A stretch of 64,000 nucleotides of DNA, from assembly GCF_006345805.1 (NCBI RefSeq), contig NC_042997.1, positions 126,852,001-126,916,000 on the forward strand, read 5' to 3'. Shown here piece by piece: positions 12,346 to 25,141 of this stretch. The translations under genes and the position numbers were made by a program. Every line of letters begins with the position of its first letter. The stretch's first letter is position 1. The stretch comes from Octopus sinensis. Taxonomy: Eukaryota. Below the pieces are notes generated by a model. It saw nothing but the letters and a program-made list of their open reading frames with translations, was not told the origin of the DNA and did no database searches.

Positions 12346-13045
12346 TTCATCTTTCGCTGAAGTACTCGATACGTTATAAGCATGCGGTGTCATTATAATC
12401 TTTATTAGAAATAACGTGTTGCAACTGTTTCACACACATTTGACAAAACTGTTTTATGGAAGTAGGTGTAATGTGGCATCGCTAATACAAATATGTGTAT
12501 GTTTTTGTGTGTATATATGCATGAATATATATGTAGACACACACGCACGCACACACATATATATGTATGCATGTATATGTATATACTTATTAATATATAT
12601 ATGTATATGTGTATATATATATATTAATATATATGTGTGTATGTGTGTAATTATATGTGTGTGTATGTGAAAGTGTGTGAGTATGTGTGTAGTGTGTTTG
12701 TGTTTATGTTTGCGTGTGAGGATGAATAACAACGAGAGCCAAAATTAAGAAAATTTTACAAACACATGATAAATTAGCTACAAGCAATTATCAAGAATAG
12801 TTTTTTTTTAAAAAAAAGTCAGCGCTGATCGCCAAGCAAAATGTTGTTAAATACTGAGTGACCAAAAGTGTAAATGGTCTCTTATATTCAAGAATCTTGA
12901 AATTAGTGTCTACTTCTAATATTTTCTTTCCCCTTTTCCAAATTATTCAAATACTAGGAATATATTATTCACCTAATTTTTCATAGTTATGTAAAATACC
13001 CTTCATACGTACTCAAATTCCCCTATGGTGTACTGGTAGATTAGT

Positions 13046-13410
13046 GAGGGTGCAATGGCCTAGTGGTTAGGGCAGCGTACTCGCGGTTGTAGGATCGCAG
13101 TTTCGATTCCCAGACCGGGCGTTGTGAGTGTTTATTGAGCGAAAACACCTAAAGCACCACGAAGCCCCGGCAGTGGCTGGTGGCGAACCCTGCTGTACTC
13201 TTTCACCACAACTTTCACTCACTCTGTCTTCCTGTTTCTGTTGTGCCTGTATTTCAAAGGGGCCAGCCTTTTCACACTGTGTTACACTGAATCTCCCCGA
13301 GAACTACGTTAAGGGTACACGTGTCTGTGGAGTGCTCAGCCACTTGGACGTTAATTTCACGAGCAGGCTTGTTCCGTTGGTTGGATCAACTGCAATCCTC
13401 GTCGTCGTAG
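13046..13410 (+). mobile_element. tRNA-headed SINE family V, alternative tail
   Basis: A box tggcctagtgg, B box gtttcgattcc; head and body shared with 18235-18535 and 50580-50880. Confidence 0.8.
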
Positions 13411-13579
13411 CTCTATTTTTTGTTTTTCTGACTAAAATTTAGTGATAAACGAAATAAACACATACATTCAACATCAGACAGTAAGAAGGCATGTAATGTT
13501 CTATATTAAGTGTGGCACAGATAGGCCAGTTGAGCAGCTCTCCAGGATGACATTATTTTACATATCGAGCGACAAATAT

Positions 13580-13795
13580 TGATTTCAAATTTTGTCACAA
13601 GACCAGCAAGTTCCGGAGAGGGGCTAAGTCGATTACATCGACTCCCAGAGATCAACTGGTACTTATTTTATCGACCCTGAAAGGATGAAAGGCAAAGTCG
13701 ACCTCGGCGGAATTTGAACTCAGAACGTAAAGGCGGACGAAATACGGCTAAGCATTTTGCCCAGCATGTTAACGACTGCTGCCAGCTCGCCGCTT
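13580..13795 (-). mobile_element. SINE family M
   Basis: Reverse complement of family head and core. Confidence 0.85.
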
Positions 13796-14129
13796 TTTCA
13801 ACAACAAATATTAAAGCGAACATCGTAAGAATACTTCTCTCTGGTCCTTCAGAAACCTCATCACTTAGTAACACTCTATAAAGAGAAATTAAGTGAACTC
13901 AAGAGGACTACAGAGAAATTATGTATGCCGTCTACATCTCATTGAAAAACGAAAAATTAACAACAACAAAAAAATTGAGATAAATCAAACAGAAAATACC
14001 TTTAGAATCAGGTTCCTCCCCCTAAGCCCTAGGATTCATGAGGCCAGTTACTCAGTTTCCATGGCGTATAAGTAGTCGAGATCACATTATTTCCCCTGAA
14101 CAGGAAAACAGTCCGTTGCAGAGCAGCTT

Positions 14130-14318
14130 TAAAGGGAGCGGGCAAGTCGATTACATCAATTCCAATGTTTGCCCGATACTTTATTTAATCGATCCCAAAG
14201 GGATGAAAGACAAATCTGACCTCGGCGGAATTTGAACTCAGAGCATAAATAATCGGATGAAATGCCACTTAGAATTTTGTCTGACGTGCCAACAACTCTG
14301 TCAGCTCGCCACCTCCTT
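14130..14318 (-). mobile_element. SINE family M, diverged
   Basis: Family core ggcggaatttgaactcag present. Confidence 0.75.
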
Positions 14319-14330
14319 TTAAGATCAAGA

Positions 14331-14596
14331 TCAGTGGTTCACAGCTGGGGTCTACATATTTCTTGGGTGCCCAATATAAGATTTTGTTGTTAAAATTTAT
14401 CTGCAATAAATCGGTTATACTGCCGCTATGCACAAAATATTTTAATTTTTTTAAATACAATTCCTAATAATATCTAATTATATATTAAAAAAAACTAATA
14501 GGATTTTTAAAGACTGAATAACCAGGAGGGCCCATCCGAGTAAAATAAGAATCAAAGGGGTCCATAGGTGAAAAAAAAAAGAAAGACAATCATTGA
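14331..14596. mobile_element. Possible hAT-type MITE
   Basis: Begins cagtggttcacagctggggtc and ends ggggtccatagg...aatcattg followed by atctaga. Confidence 0.35.
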
Positions 14597-14619
14597 TCTA
14601 GAAGAATAGAAATAGGGAG

Positions 14620-15720
14620 AGTCGTAATGCCTAGGCTTCTCTAAACTAGTAAATTAAGAAGGGAGGTAATCAAACGAGGAACTAAACGAAATAAAACGGT
14701 TTGTTCAGTATGATCAAGGCATGAATGCAACACATAAAGAATCAGCCGAAAGAAGAGAAGCCCAAAACAACGTCTCAACGCTCTTGCAAAGAGAAGTCAA
14801 GCAAGAGAGCGAAAATGTAGGAACTGGCATCAGAAGCCAAAATACCAATGAAGAATTAGATGAAGAGAATTTCAATAAGGTAGAGAATGATCGTTTTCTA
14901 GAAGAGGTTGTTGAAAACATTGTAATCATAAAGAAAGTGTAAATGAACTAACCAAGGTAAGCGACATAAACAAGACGAAAAGAGTAATAATGCTAAAAAA
15001 ATATTGAACAAAAACAGACGCAACAATCTTATGAAGATGGGAAATGCTGCAATCAAAGACCTTTTCTACACAATTAAGCCTAATTTATCCGAACTCAATC
15101 AACTGGTTTATGTTTCAGCCAATCTAATTGAGTCACAATACTCGATCGATAAAAAGAGAAACAGACCTGTGCAGCAGAAGAAACCTGAATAGAACGAAAG
15201 GGTGAAAAAAGAAACGGAACGAATGAGAGGAGAAATATCGATTGTGAAGGAACCTAGCTGGAACACAGTGTGAAATCGAGGAAAGCAAGGAAGCTAAAAC
15301 AAATAAGGGCAAAAGAAAATAGAAGATGTATCACCGAAGAACAACTCAAAGGTGACGGAATAAACGTGCTACAATTATCTAAAGCAAAATAAAAGTCCGA
15401 GGTAAATGCCAAAAACAAAATAATAGCCATAAAGAAACTGGTGATCGCGATTGTAATATATTGTTTCGAAATTATCAATTCGGATATAATCGAAATTAAA
15501 AGAATAGATACAAAAACCAGAAAAAAAAACACAAGCGTGCAATAAAATGCACCGTCCCAATGCAGATGTTGATCAACTGTACCTGTTGAGAAGCAAGAGA
15601 CACGGGAGAAAAATGATGTGGAGTGAACTGTCATATAAGACACGGACTATTTTAGATATCTATAAATGGCAGAAAATTTTGATGCTGCCACTAGCTCTAG
15701 ACTGCGAAAAATACCACACA

Positions 15721-15783
<63 letters not shown>

Positions 15784-16170
15784 AACAAAATACAATATTT
15801 TGGTAAAAAAAGAAAAGGTGATTTGATGGGATATTCAAATATGCACAGACGAGGAGATAAAGCGAAGCAACAGGACATCATAATAAACACACGAGATCTG
15901 TCTTGTTCGCATGTTAATTATTGTACATTGTCCGAATAACAATATTATCTGACTAAAGGAGGTGGAACAGTTCTTCAAATATATAAAGACCAAGAGACCG
16001 AAATAGCGAGAACATGGAATATGGACAGAAAAATATCTCAGCCATTGTAGTTCTCAAAGTTATCAAGCGTGATATGGAGAAAATTTTTTAAAAACTTGAA
16101 GAATAGCCTGGGAGACATTCCTTAGGTGAAGCTCCAAGGAGATGTCCATATTGTATACATAAAACACTAT
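14620..16170 (+). mobile_element. Fragmented R4/Dong-clade LINE
   Basis: ELNQLVYVSA...KKPE (15004 ORF), HRPNADVDQLYLLRSKRHGR (15547 ORF, typical HP.ADVDRLY..R..GGRG), YKDQETEIARTW near 15980. Confidence 0.65.
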
Positions 16171-16739
16171 TTGTGAAAGAAAATCTACTCTACTTCAGAA
16201 CTGTAGAAAGGTTCCAGTAAAGTATGAGTATCATTAATAGTTATACTGTGAATATTATCTGTGTCTCCACTGTTTGATGTGCGAAGATCTGAGGAATAAT
16301 GTATCTTACTTGAAAACATGAGTTCTGATCGGAAAGGGTATCCGGGCTTAATATACAGACTCGGGAAGACTCATCCAACCAATGCCAGCGGATGTAAAAA
16401 TGAAGGTGATAATTAAGATGATAACGACGGCGATGATATTATATGATGTTATAATATTAAACAGTTTAGAACCATAAATGAGGCATTTTTAATAATTCAT
16501 AGCTAGAAAATGTATATTTTATGAGATACGATATTAAAGATTCGTGTTTATTAATAAATAGTTTAATAGCATGGGGATTTGAAAGAACGGGATTTTAAGG
16601 AAATTATTAGAGGGCTGTATCTAAATGTATATAATATGGCGTATCGTGTTTCTGGATCGAAATAAACCTTATGATAATATTATTTTCCAACCTTTTGGAC
16701 TTGATAAATTAGGTATCAGTACCAGAAGATTTGAGACGT

Positions 16740-18210
16740 TTTCAGGTGAGATATTCATTAATTTCAAAGAAGTACAAAACTAGTCTCCTTCAAGGTAGGA
16801 CACCCTGACTTCAATACATTTGTAGAGCCCCAGCCAGTTCGTGAAGGCTCCGTGAAATCTTCCAAATTGGTGTCCATGACCCCTGTCACAGCTTCCTTCC
16901 TCTGATGCATCTTGGAGAACAACTAAGTCAAAGGAAGCAAGGTCTGGACTGTAGGCAGGGCGAGGGACAGTTGTGATGCCCATCTTTGTTAATTAGTTGG
17001 TTACCAGGATGGAATTGTGCACTGATGCATTGTCCTGGTGCAGGTACCACTGACCATGTGGAAGAGCTCTGGCCTTTTGCGACGAAATCTCTTCCTGAAC
17101 TCTCTCAAAACCTCCACAAAGTACTTTATCTTGACCGACTGGCCAGGGGGAACCCAGTGGATGTAGATGATGCTCTTGCTGGTGGACTTGCTTTGCCTGG
17201 CCTTCTTGGGTCTGGGATAGCTAGGATGCTTCTATTGAGCAATCTGTCTCTTGGTCTCTGGATCATAACAATAGATCCAGCTTTCGTCACAGGTCACCAA
17301 AGACTCAGGTACTCTTGCATTAGAGGTAATGAGTTCAACCATCTCCCTGCTGTCACCAACAGCTGTTCGTCACCCACAACTGTTCGTCACCAGGAACAAA
17401 CTTTGCACGAATTTTGCTCATGTTCAGATTTTCATGAGTAATTTTGTGCGCGCAAACTCCAAACTGTGTGCTTATTGTTCTTATAGGCACACGAACGTCT
17501 TCATTAAGGGAACTCTTTTACTCTTTTACTTGTTTCAGTCATTGACTGTGGCCATGCTGGAGCACCGCCTTTAGTCGAGCAAATCGACCCCAGGACTTAC
17601 TCTTTGTAAGCCTAGTACTTATTCTATCGGTCTCTTTTGCCGAACCGCTAAGTTACGGGGACGTAAACACACCAGCATCGGTTGTCAAGCGATGTTGGGG
17701 GGACAAACACAGACACACAAACATATAAACACAAATACATATATATACATATACATATATACGACGGGCTTCTTTCAGTTTCCGTCTACCAAATCCATTC
17801 AAGCCATTAGTAGGAGACACATGCCCAAGGTGCCACGCAGTGGGACTGAGCCCTGAACCATGTGGTTCGTAAGCAAGCTACTTACCACACAGCCACTCCT
17901 GTGCCTATGCGAACTTTTTCAATCAGCTCAAATGTTCTGACATCCTTCTCACCATCTTTCACCTCTTCACTACCGTACTTGAACCTCTTGTGCCAACAAA
18001 AACAAATACTTGGCTGATAAGCAGTTTCATGAGTCTCTGTAGCATTTTTCTTTGCTTAACACAAAACTTTATGGCATGGCGAGCTTCAAAACTGTCTTCA
18101 CGTCCCGGCTGCATTCTCTAAACTAGTCAGCTGTGAAAGCAGTGTCTAACAGAGTTTATGCAAAATACTGTTACAGTATCTCCTTCAATCTGGAATAAAA
18201 AGTTGGCAGA
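16740..18210 (-). mobile_element. Mariner transposon fossil interrupted by a SINE
   Basis: PAYSPDLASFD (YSPDLAP motif, ORF 16780-16983), VTCDESWIYCYDPETKRQ near 17245-17300, YLEGD C-terminus. Confidence 0.8.
17514..17908 (-). mobile_element. SINE family C, full length
   Basis: Reverse complement of 46770-47236 with an internal (TA/TG) tract. Confidence 0.9.
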
Positions 18211-18234
18211 TCAGTTTATTAAATGTATAGTAAT

Positions 18235-18535
18235 AAAAACGTCGCCCTTTTCAAGCCTAGCCAGGCTCATGGGCCCGGTTTCCCGGTTTCTGTGGCGCAT
18301 GTATTCCTCCCAGCTGGACGGGACGCCAGTCCATCGCAGCGTTACTCAAGAAACAGGAAGAGAAAGTTGGGGCGAAAGAGTACAACAGGGGTCACCACCA
18401 CACCCTGCCGGAGCCACGTGGAGCTTTATGGTGTTTTCGCTCAATAAACACACACAACGCCCGGTCTGGGAATCGAAACCGCAATCCTCCGACCGCGAGT
18501 CTGCTGCCCTAACCACTGGGCCATTGCGCCTCCAC
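18235..18535 (-). mobile_element. SINE family V with 15-bp TSD
   Basis: tRNA-like head on the minus strand; TSD taaatgtatagtaat at 18220-18234 and 18536-18550. Confidence 0.9.
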
Positions 18536-19267
18536 TAAATGTATAGTAATGATATATTAAAATTACAACAACCTCGGAGAGTTATAACTGCCGTTCCTAA
18601 AAATGTCTCAAAACTTCTAGAATGGATCTCATATATTGTGACTGACGAATTAGCCTTTAGAAGATATTTTGTACACAACCCTTTTATATCACTGAATACT
18701 GCGTCATTAGTTTCATTTGTATCAGATCCTTACAGTAACATTCGTTAACCCTATCCACAAGGACTTCTTCAACCGTAGTTAGGCCTTAAAGGAAAAGCAC
18801 ATTTTAAATGGAAAAATATGAAGAAAACATTGCAGTTATCAGATATCAACCATATCAGCCTTGGAGTTATTTCTCATCTTCTTTAAGTTTTTGAGTTCTA
18901 TTTCCATGGAAACTGCTACAACTGGAAGTGGGAATTGTCGGTAAAAACTGACCATAAAAGATTTTCGGCAAGTTCGTTACACTTGGCTTTGAATACTCCT
19001 TGTATGTTGGTATCAGGTGACCACAAGTGATCTTAAATGATCAGCTATGGTTCTACATGGATGGCTTTGGGTAGAATAATAAGAATTGACCGTGGTCGCT
19101 TATGAGTCAATTGGAAAAAGAGAAAAGGCTTACAGATAATTTTGGAAAAATCTGTAACTGCTGATAAACAACGGAAAAGAGCGCATTGTTTTCAGTATTA
19201 GTCCCTTTTGGAGCTGGCTGCTAACATATTTACAATATTCTTGGTAATTAGAAAGCACTTAACTTTC

Positions 19268-19745
19268 AGTTCTATATTTAAGAGATGAGGAATTATGTAA
19301 ATTTTTTACATTATTTTCATTATTTACATTTGACGGATATTTCTTCTCATCTTGTTTGATATACCCTGATATACCCTGATATACCCTCCAGCCTTCCTGA
19401 GGTGTCTTGGGGAAATTTCGAACCTGGGTTCTCATTCCTAAGGTATTTTTCGATCTTCTTCTTCTTCTTCTTCTTCTTCTTGTTATTCAGGCCCTAAGAA
19501 AATATTAGATTTATAAGCCCTATAAATTCACTCCATAATTGCCACGGGCATATGGCTTAGTGGTTCCGAGTTCGATTCCTTAATGACAATAATAATAATA
19601 ATAACATAGAAAAGTACCTTAGGAATGAGAATCCAAGTTCGAAATTTCCCCAAGACATCTGATGAAGGCTGGAGCCGAAACGTTGTGTTAACAACAAACA
19701 AGATGAGGACAAATATCCGTCAAATGTAAATAATGTAAATAATGT
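19268..19745. mobile_element. Inverted-arm hammerhead-bearing element (family H3) with 14-bp TSD and internal A/B boxes
   Basis: TSD agcacttaactttc at 19254-19267 and 19746-19759; arms about 19295-19455 and 19603-19745; A box 19553-19563, B box 19570-19579. Confidence 0.85.
19654..19689 (+). ncRNA. Minimal type I hammerhead ribozyme motif
   Basis: gacat-CTGATGA-a-ggc tgga gcc-GAAA-cg-TT-gtgtt; intact core, palindromic ACGT stem III. Confidence 0.75.
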
Positions 19746-19978
19746 AGCACTTAACTTTCTAGGCGGTCACAGATAGTTTAATCAAAATTAAAAAGTGACA
19801 TTAAACATATAGGAACAGATACATACAAGTTGACGTGCGGGATTACTGGCGGCCTTGCGTTAGTTTTTTCTTTTTCTGTAAAATCTAAAACAGCTAACAA
19901 CAACGGCAGGGATAGTGTAGGTTATTAACAGGAACCTTCTAACTGATGACTTGACATCAGATGATAGTTGATCTTGCA

Positions 19979-21253
19979 CGGGGTGGGAGCAGAGAAGATG
20001 GACGTTTTTGAAAAATTCACAAAATCATTAATTTTAGCTGCAAACAAATTTTATTGACAGCAATTTGTTCGTCTTGAATTTGTGAAAATTAAGTGTGGAA
20101 AAGAACATCCATCATATGGTGTCCATTTTTATTGATGCTTTTCTGAAGGCGTTCTTGGAAGATGGCCTCCACGCATCCAGCATTGCTCTGTCGATTCCTT
20201 CAAATCGTCCAATGTACGGGGCTTATGCACATACACACGTGCTTTGAGGTCTTCCCACAAGAAATAATTACACATGGAGACAAATCAGGGGACCGAGAGA
20301 GCCAAGGAGTGTCAGCAAGCCTGGAAATGAGGTGGTCACCGAAGAGAGGGCGAAGAATGTCCATTGATGCTCTGGCTGTGTGAGACGTCGCCCCATCCTG
20401 CTGAAACTACACACGTCGAATCGGCATACGTTTTCATTGTAATTCAGGCACAAAGAAGTTGTTTATCATCTCGATGTAACACTCGGAGTTCATAGTAAAA
20501 ACATTTCCCTTATTGTCTTCAAAAAAGTAAGGACCGATAACGACATCTTTTCCAACATCACACCAGACCGTAATTTTGGGCTGTTCAGTGGTCTTTCGTA
20601 CAGTTCTCTCGGATTTTCAAGAGCTTAATAACAACAGTTCTGTTGATTAACCATGCCATTGAGATGAAAATGAACTTCATCACTCATTAACAAAATGAGG
20701 TTGTCATTTGCCTCAAAAATTGCTTCCATCTGACGTGCAAAGTTAAGTTGCTGTGCATAGTCCCATGGTTTCAACTGTTGCCCAGTGATCAATTTGTACG
20801 GGAGGAAATGCAGGTATTCATGCAAAATGCACCTTACCGATCGACTACCGATGCCAAGTTCAGTAGAATGCTTTCGAGCAGAGCGATTCGGACTCCGTAA
20901 CAAAGCTTGTCCGACGCGTTCCACATTTTCCGGTGTCCGTACTGTTCGTGGCGCCCCCACCGGTCTCCTATTCATTAGTGTACCTATTCACCCAAAATAA
21001 GTTTGTGTTACGGTTGGGAACAGTCTGATATCGGTGAATGTTAAAGTGGCGACGAAACCCACGCTATTCTTCACGTAGCTGTCGTAGACAAACACGCGAT
21101 GCTCCATCGTCCACAGCACCATGGCATCACCTGAAAAGAAAAAACTAATACGAAGGCATCGCGAACCGGAAGGTACCTGTCGAATATATGTCCCTCCTCC
21201 TCGGATTGAGTAATAGCCGTTTCAAAAACGCCCGTCCTCTCAGCCCCACCCCA
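19979..21253 (-). mobile_element. Near full-length Tc1/mariner-superfamily transposon (rosa/DD41D-like), pseudogenised
   Basis: Imperfect TIRs of about 33 bp (ggggtggg..agag..g..gg.cgtttttgaaa), TA at right end; PRTVRTPENVERV...RSPNRSARK...MSDEVHFHLNGMVNQQN, FQQDGATSH, RSPDLSP. Confidence 0.85.
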
Positions 21254-23528
21254 TATAAAATGGTAGTGAGTGATCACGCGCAGTTTTAGGCAGCTTGGTA
21301 ACAGTTTTCCAAACACTGTCTGTAGATAGTTAGTGATTTTAAAGTATTTAATCAGCGTAAGTTAATGTCCCTTATGGTAGGTGATCTGAGTGTGTTATAG
21401 GGATGACGGTTCAAGAAGCTGGATTAGTAACCTAATCTTGGCATCTGTTATATTAATCAGGAAATATTACCGAGGGAAAAAAATTAGATCAGTTTTAGAA
21501 CAGAGCTTTATACTAATACCATTTTCTCCAGAAAATATATTTCCACACCATCTCAGTTACCTCAGTTACCTTGGCATTTGTTGTATTAATCAATGAAAAT
21601 CAATTTTGTGCAATGATGACCTCTCAGCTCCAACTTGATTCTTCTAACACAACCAACAAGGTTTTGGTCCCTTTTCATCTTATGATTAATTGAATCATTA
21701 ATATTCAAACAGGCAGCCTAGTTTCTGGTTGATAACAAGAACTTTGCAACTTTAGACAATCAAGGGGAAAAAATATCACAATAAACTTGACTTTTTTTTT
21801 TCATTTTCATGATTCAAAGTAATTAAAACTGTTTTTTTTTAATGAAAACAAACAAAAGCAAAATATTTAAATATTCATCATTATTTTGTGAAGTTAATTT
21901 TCTGTAGCTATGATTTATAGGATGATTGCTGCAGCTTCCCATATTACTCTTTTGATTGAGGGTCTTTTATTTTATCATCATCATGCCTGAAGAAAAAGGG
22001 CACTGACCACAGCTTACAGGTGTTCTCTAAGATCAGAAGGTGAATTAGATTGCTACGGTTTGTTTCAAGTAATTCAAATAACAAAAGAAATTCTCAAGGA
22101 GCTTTGATGTTGGTTGGAGAGGATTGTCTATGTTTGTATAAAATATGTTATAGCATAAAACTAACCATGAAAACAGTTGTCTGGTAGTTATGACAATTCT
22201 TTTTTTTTAAGTATGACTTTATAATTGATAGAAATCTTACATGGGGCTATCTTTTAAATAGCATTTTTAGAAAAGGCATTCTGATATTAGAATTCTTAGA
22301 TATGGTTGTCTAATAGAAAGAATTCTGTTTACATGTACTGAATATGATATTTAACCTCTTTACAACTGAACCATTAATAGTTTATACCATTCTAATTCTG
22401 TTTATTGCAATTGGTCCTTCCTTTACTGATTAGTGATATTCGTTATTTCTACAGAAATATAAAACCACACACGGAACCAAATCTATGTTTGTTTTGCGCT
22501 TATATAATTTAATGTCTCACAAAATAATGTTATATTAAATCAGCGTCTGATATCCAATTAAAATCTAAACTATTTCTGTAACTGCCTGTCAATTTTTAAG
22601 AACCAAAACTACTGCAGTCAGGTTTTATAGCCGGAAGATTGCGTGGATCCACACTGAAAGAATTACACAAATGGATTCTTCAGGAACATACACAACGTAA
22701 TGAATACCAATACTAATTTCTGAATTCCTTAAAGCTAAATAAAAGAGGGAAAGAAATTGAGATAATTGGAATGGAAAAACCGAGGATTTGTATGTCAGCC
22801 ATTACAGATGTGGATCCTGACCTGTCATCAGTTAATTTGCCACATTACTAACACTATAAAGTTAATCTGCCGTATGACAAGAAGACTTGAATAACAAATA
22901 TTACAGTATTTAGTTGCATGAAGCTGCTGTCACTGTGATTTTGATGTTCATTTCTCTGTTGCGGTGTGTAATTGATACAAATGCTTGACTGACAAATTAG
23001 TTCCCCATAAATAGCCACCAGACTGTTCGTCTCTCTGTCGGTAAGGCCAGAGAACAGGAAAGTGAATACGACCAATAACGCCGTCTCTTTGTCTGTCAAC
23101 TGTTACGGTTGCTCAGATCTCTGTCATGTGTTGGCGATTTCATGCTTTACTGCATTTTGTGGCAGAGGTGTCCATATAAAGTGTTTCCCCTTCATTGCCA
23201 GCGGTCTATAGTGCCAGTGAACCAAAGACTTGTGGTAAACGAAGGATTACAGAAATGTTAAGAAGGCATAAAACAATTTGCGAAATTCTATATTTACAAA
23301 TCTCTTAAATATCAGTGATTTGATCTATTGATGCATCTTGATTCAATATTGGTAACAATGACTGCAACAGCAACAAAAACACCTACAACACAGTAGCAGC
23401 GACAGCAGAAGCAGCAACAACAGCAGCAGTAGCAGCAGCAACACTAGCAGCAGTGTCAGAATCAACTGCAGCGGCTCAACAACCATAGCAACGCAGTAGC
23501 AGTAAGGACAGCAGCAACGAAAACAACG

Positions 23529-23890
23529 ACTCTTTTACTCTTTTACTTGTTTCAGTCACTTGACTGAGGCCATGCTAGAGCACCGCCTTTAGTCGAGGAA
23601 ATCGGCCCCAGCACTTATTCTTTGTAAGCCTAGTACGTATTCTATCGGTCTCTTTTGCCGAACCGCTAATGTTACGGGGACGTAAACACACCTGCATCGA
23701 TTTTCAAGCGATGTTGGGGGGGGGGGGCAAACACAGACGCACAAAGACACACACATATGTATATATACATATACATATATACGACGGGCTTCTTTCAGTT
23801 TCCGTCTACCAAATCCACTCACAGGGCTTTGGTCGATCCGAGGCTATATGCCACGCAGTGGGACTAAACCCGGAACCATGTGGTTGGTTA
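23529..23890 (-). mobile_element. SINE family C, 5' truncated
   Basis: Family tail and body on the minus strand, inside a (CAG/CAA)n tract. Confidence 0.85.
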
Positions 23891-24720
23891 GCCGCAGCAG
23901 CAGCAGCAACAACAACAGCAACAACTGCAACAACAGGAAAAACAAAAACATTTTTTTTACTGCAGGCACAAGGCCTGGAATTTTGGGGGAGGGGTAGCTG
24001 ATTACACCGTCCCTATTGATCATCTTGTACTTTTTTTTATCAACCCCAAAAGGATGAAAGGTCGATATCGGTGAAATTTGTACTTAGAACGTAAAGACGG
24101 ACAAAATGCTGCGTCTACGCTGTTGCTTAGCTTGCAAGAAATAGCAGCCAAATTTCACTCAAATCATATTCTACCATCGTAAAAAATAAAGAACATATTG
24201 AGTAATATCGTCTTGCATCGACTATGTCTTATGAAAACATGGAGTGGTCAGGACAGGAGCGTCTTTGATCATAGATTTGCTCAATCAAATCTGGAGCTAA
24301 ACAGTAGCAATGACAAGTACATGTGCAAACGAGGGAGCCTCTTCATAGTCGTCTGTTGCCAATGATCATGAGATCTCCCTCATATCACCCTCTGCCGTCT
24401 TTAAAACGGGAACACAAGTTATCTCAGGTTACGGCTACTTCGTGTTACAGGATTCAGTAGTTACGGAAATTGCAAAGTATAACACTAATTTGGGAAATAC
24501 GAACTGAAATTTCGCTTTTACGGGAACTGGAATAAATTTAAAAACCACGCTTTCTTTTTAGACAAAACACCACTTCTCGACTTATTAGCAAAGACGAAAG
24601 CAGTTAATTTGAAAACTAGAGACACAGCATAAAGAGACATATATAAATATACATGAACACGCACAGATGTGTGTGTGTGTGTGAATCTGTACGTATTTGA
24701 GCTTCTTCACGGCTCTTACT

Positions 24721-24784
<64 letters not shown>

Positions 24785-24804
24785 TTATCTATCTATCTAT
24801 CTAG

Positions 24805-25141
24805 CACCAGAATTTAGTATGGTATTATCCATACAATTTAAAATAAGGTGATTATAATCAAAATAAGCAACAAGGATATCCAGAGATAATGCAGGACGAT
24901 CGTTTCATGCGACTCTATTTAATTGAACAATGCAAACATGACATCAATTTAAAATGTAGTTTGGAGATTTTGATAAAATTATACTAATGTGTCCTTAAAT
25001 TTAATTAAAATTCTATGTTTTTGTGCAGCTGAAGATTGCTCTACATTTTAAATTGATGTAATGTTTTCATTGTTCAATTAAATGGAGTCGCATGAAACGA
25101 TCGTACTGCATTGCCTCTGGATATCCTTGTTGCTTATTTTT
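24805..25141. mobile_element. Inverted pair of family H1 termini between (TATC)n tracts
   Basis: 24860-24959 is the reverse complement of about 25041-25140. Confidence 0.8.
25023..25111 (+). ncRNA. Type I hammerhead ribozyme motif with long stem II
   Basis: gtgcag-CTGAAGA-ttgctct...ggagtcgcat-GAAA-cgatcg-TA-ctgcat; 5-6 bp stem I, palindromic ACGATCGT stem III, GUA triplet ending at 25105. Confidence 0.75.

Noticed and set aside
13046-13120. tRNA gene
   Set aside because: Acceptor stem does not close and the sequence continues into a multi-copy SINE body
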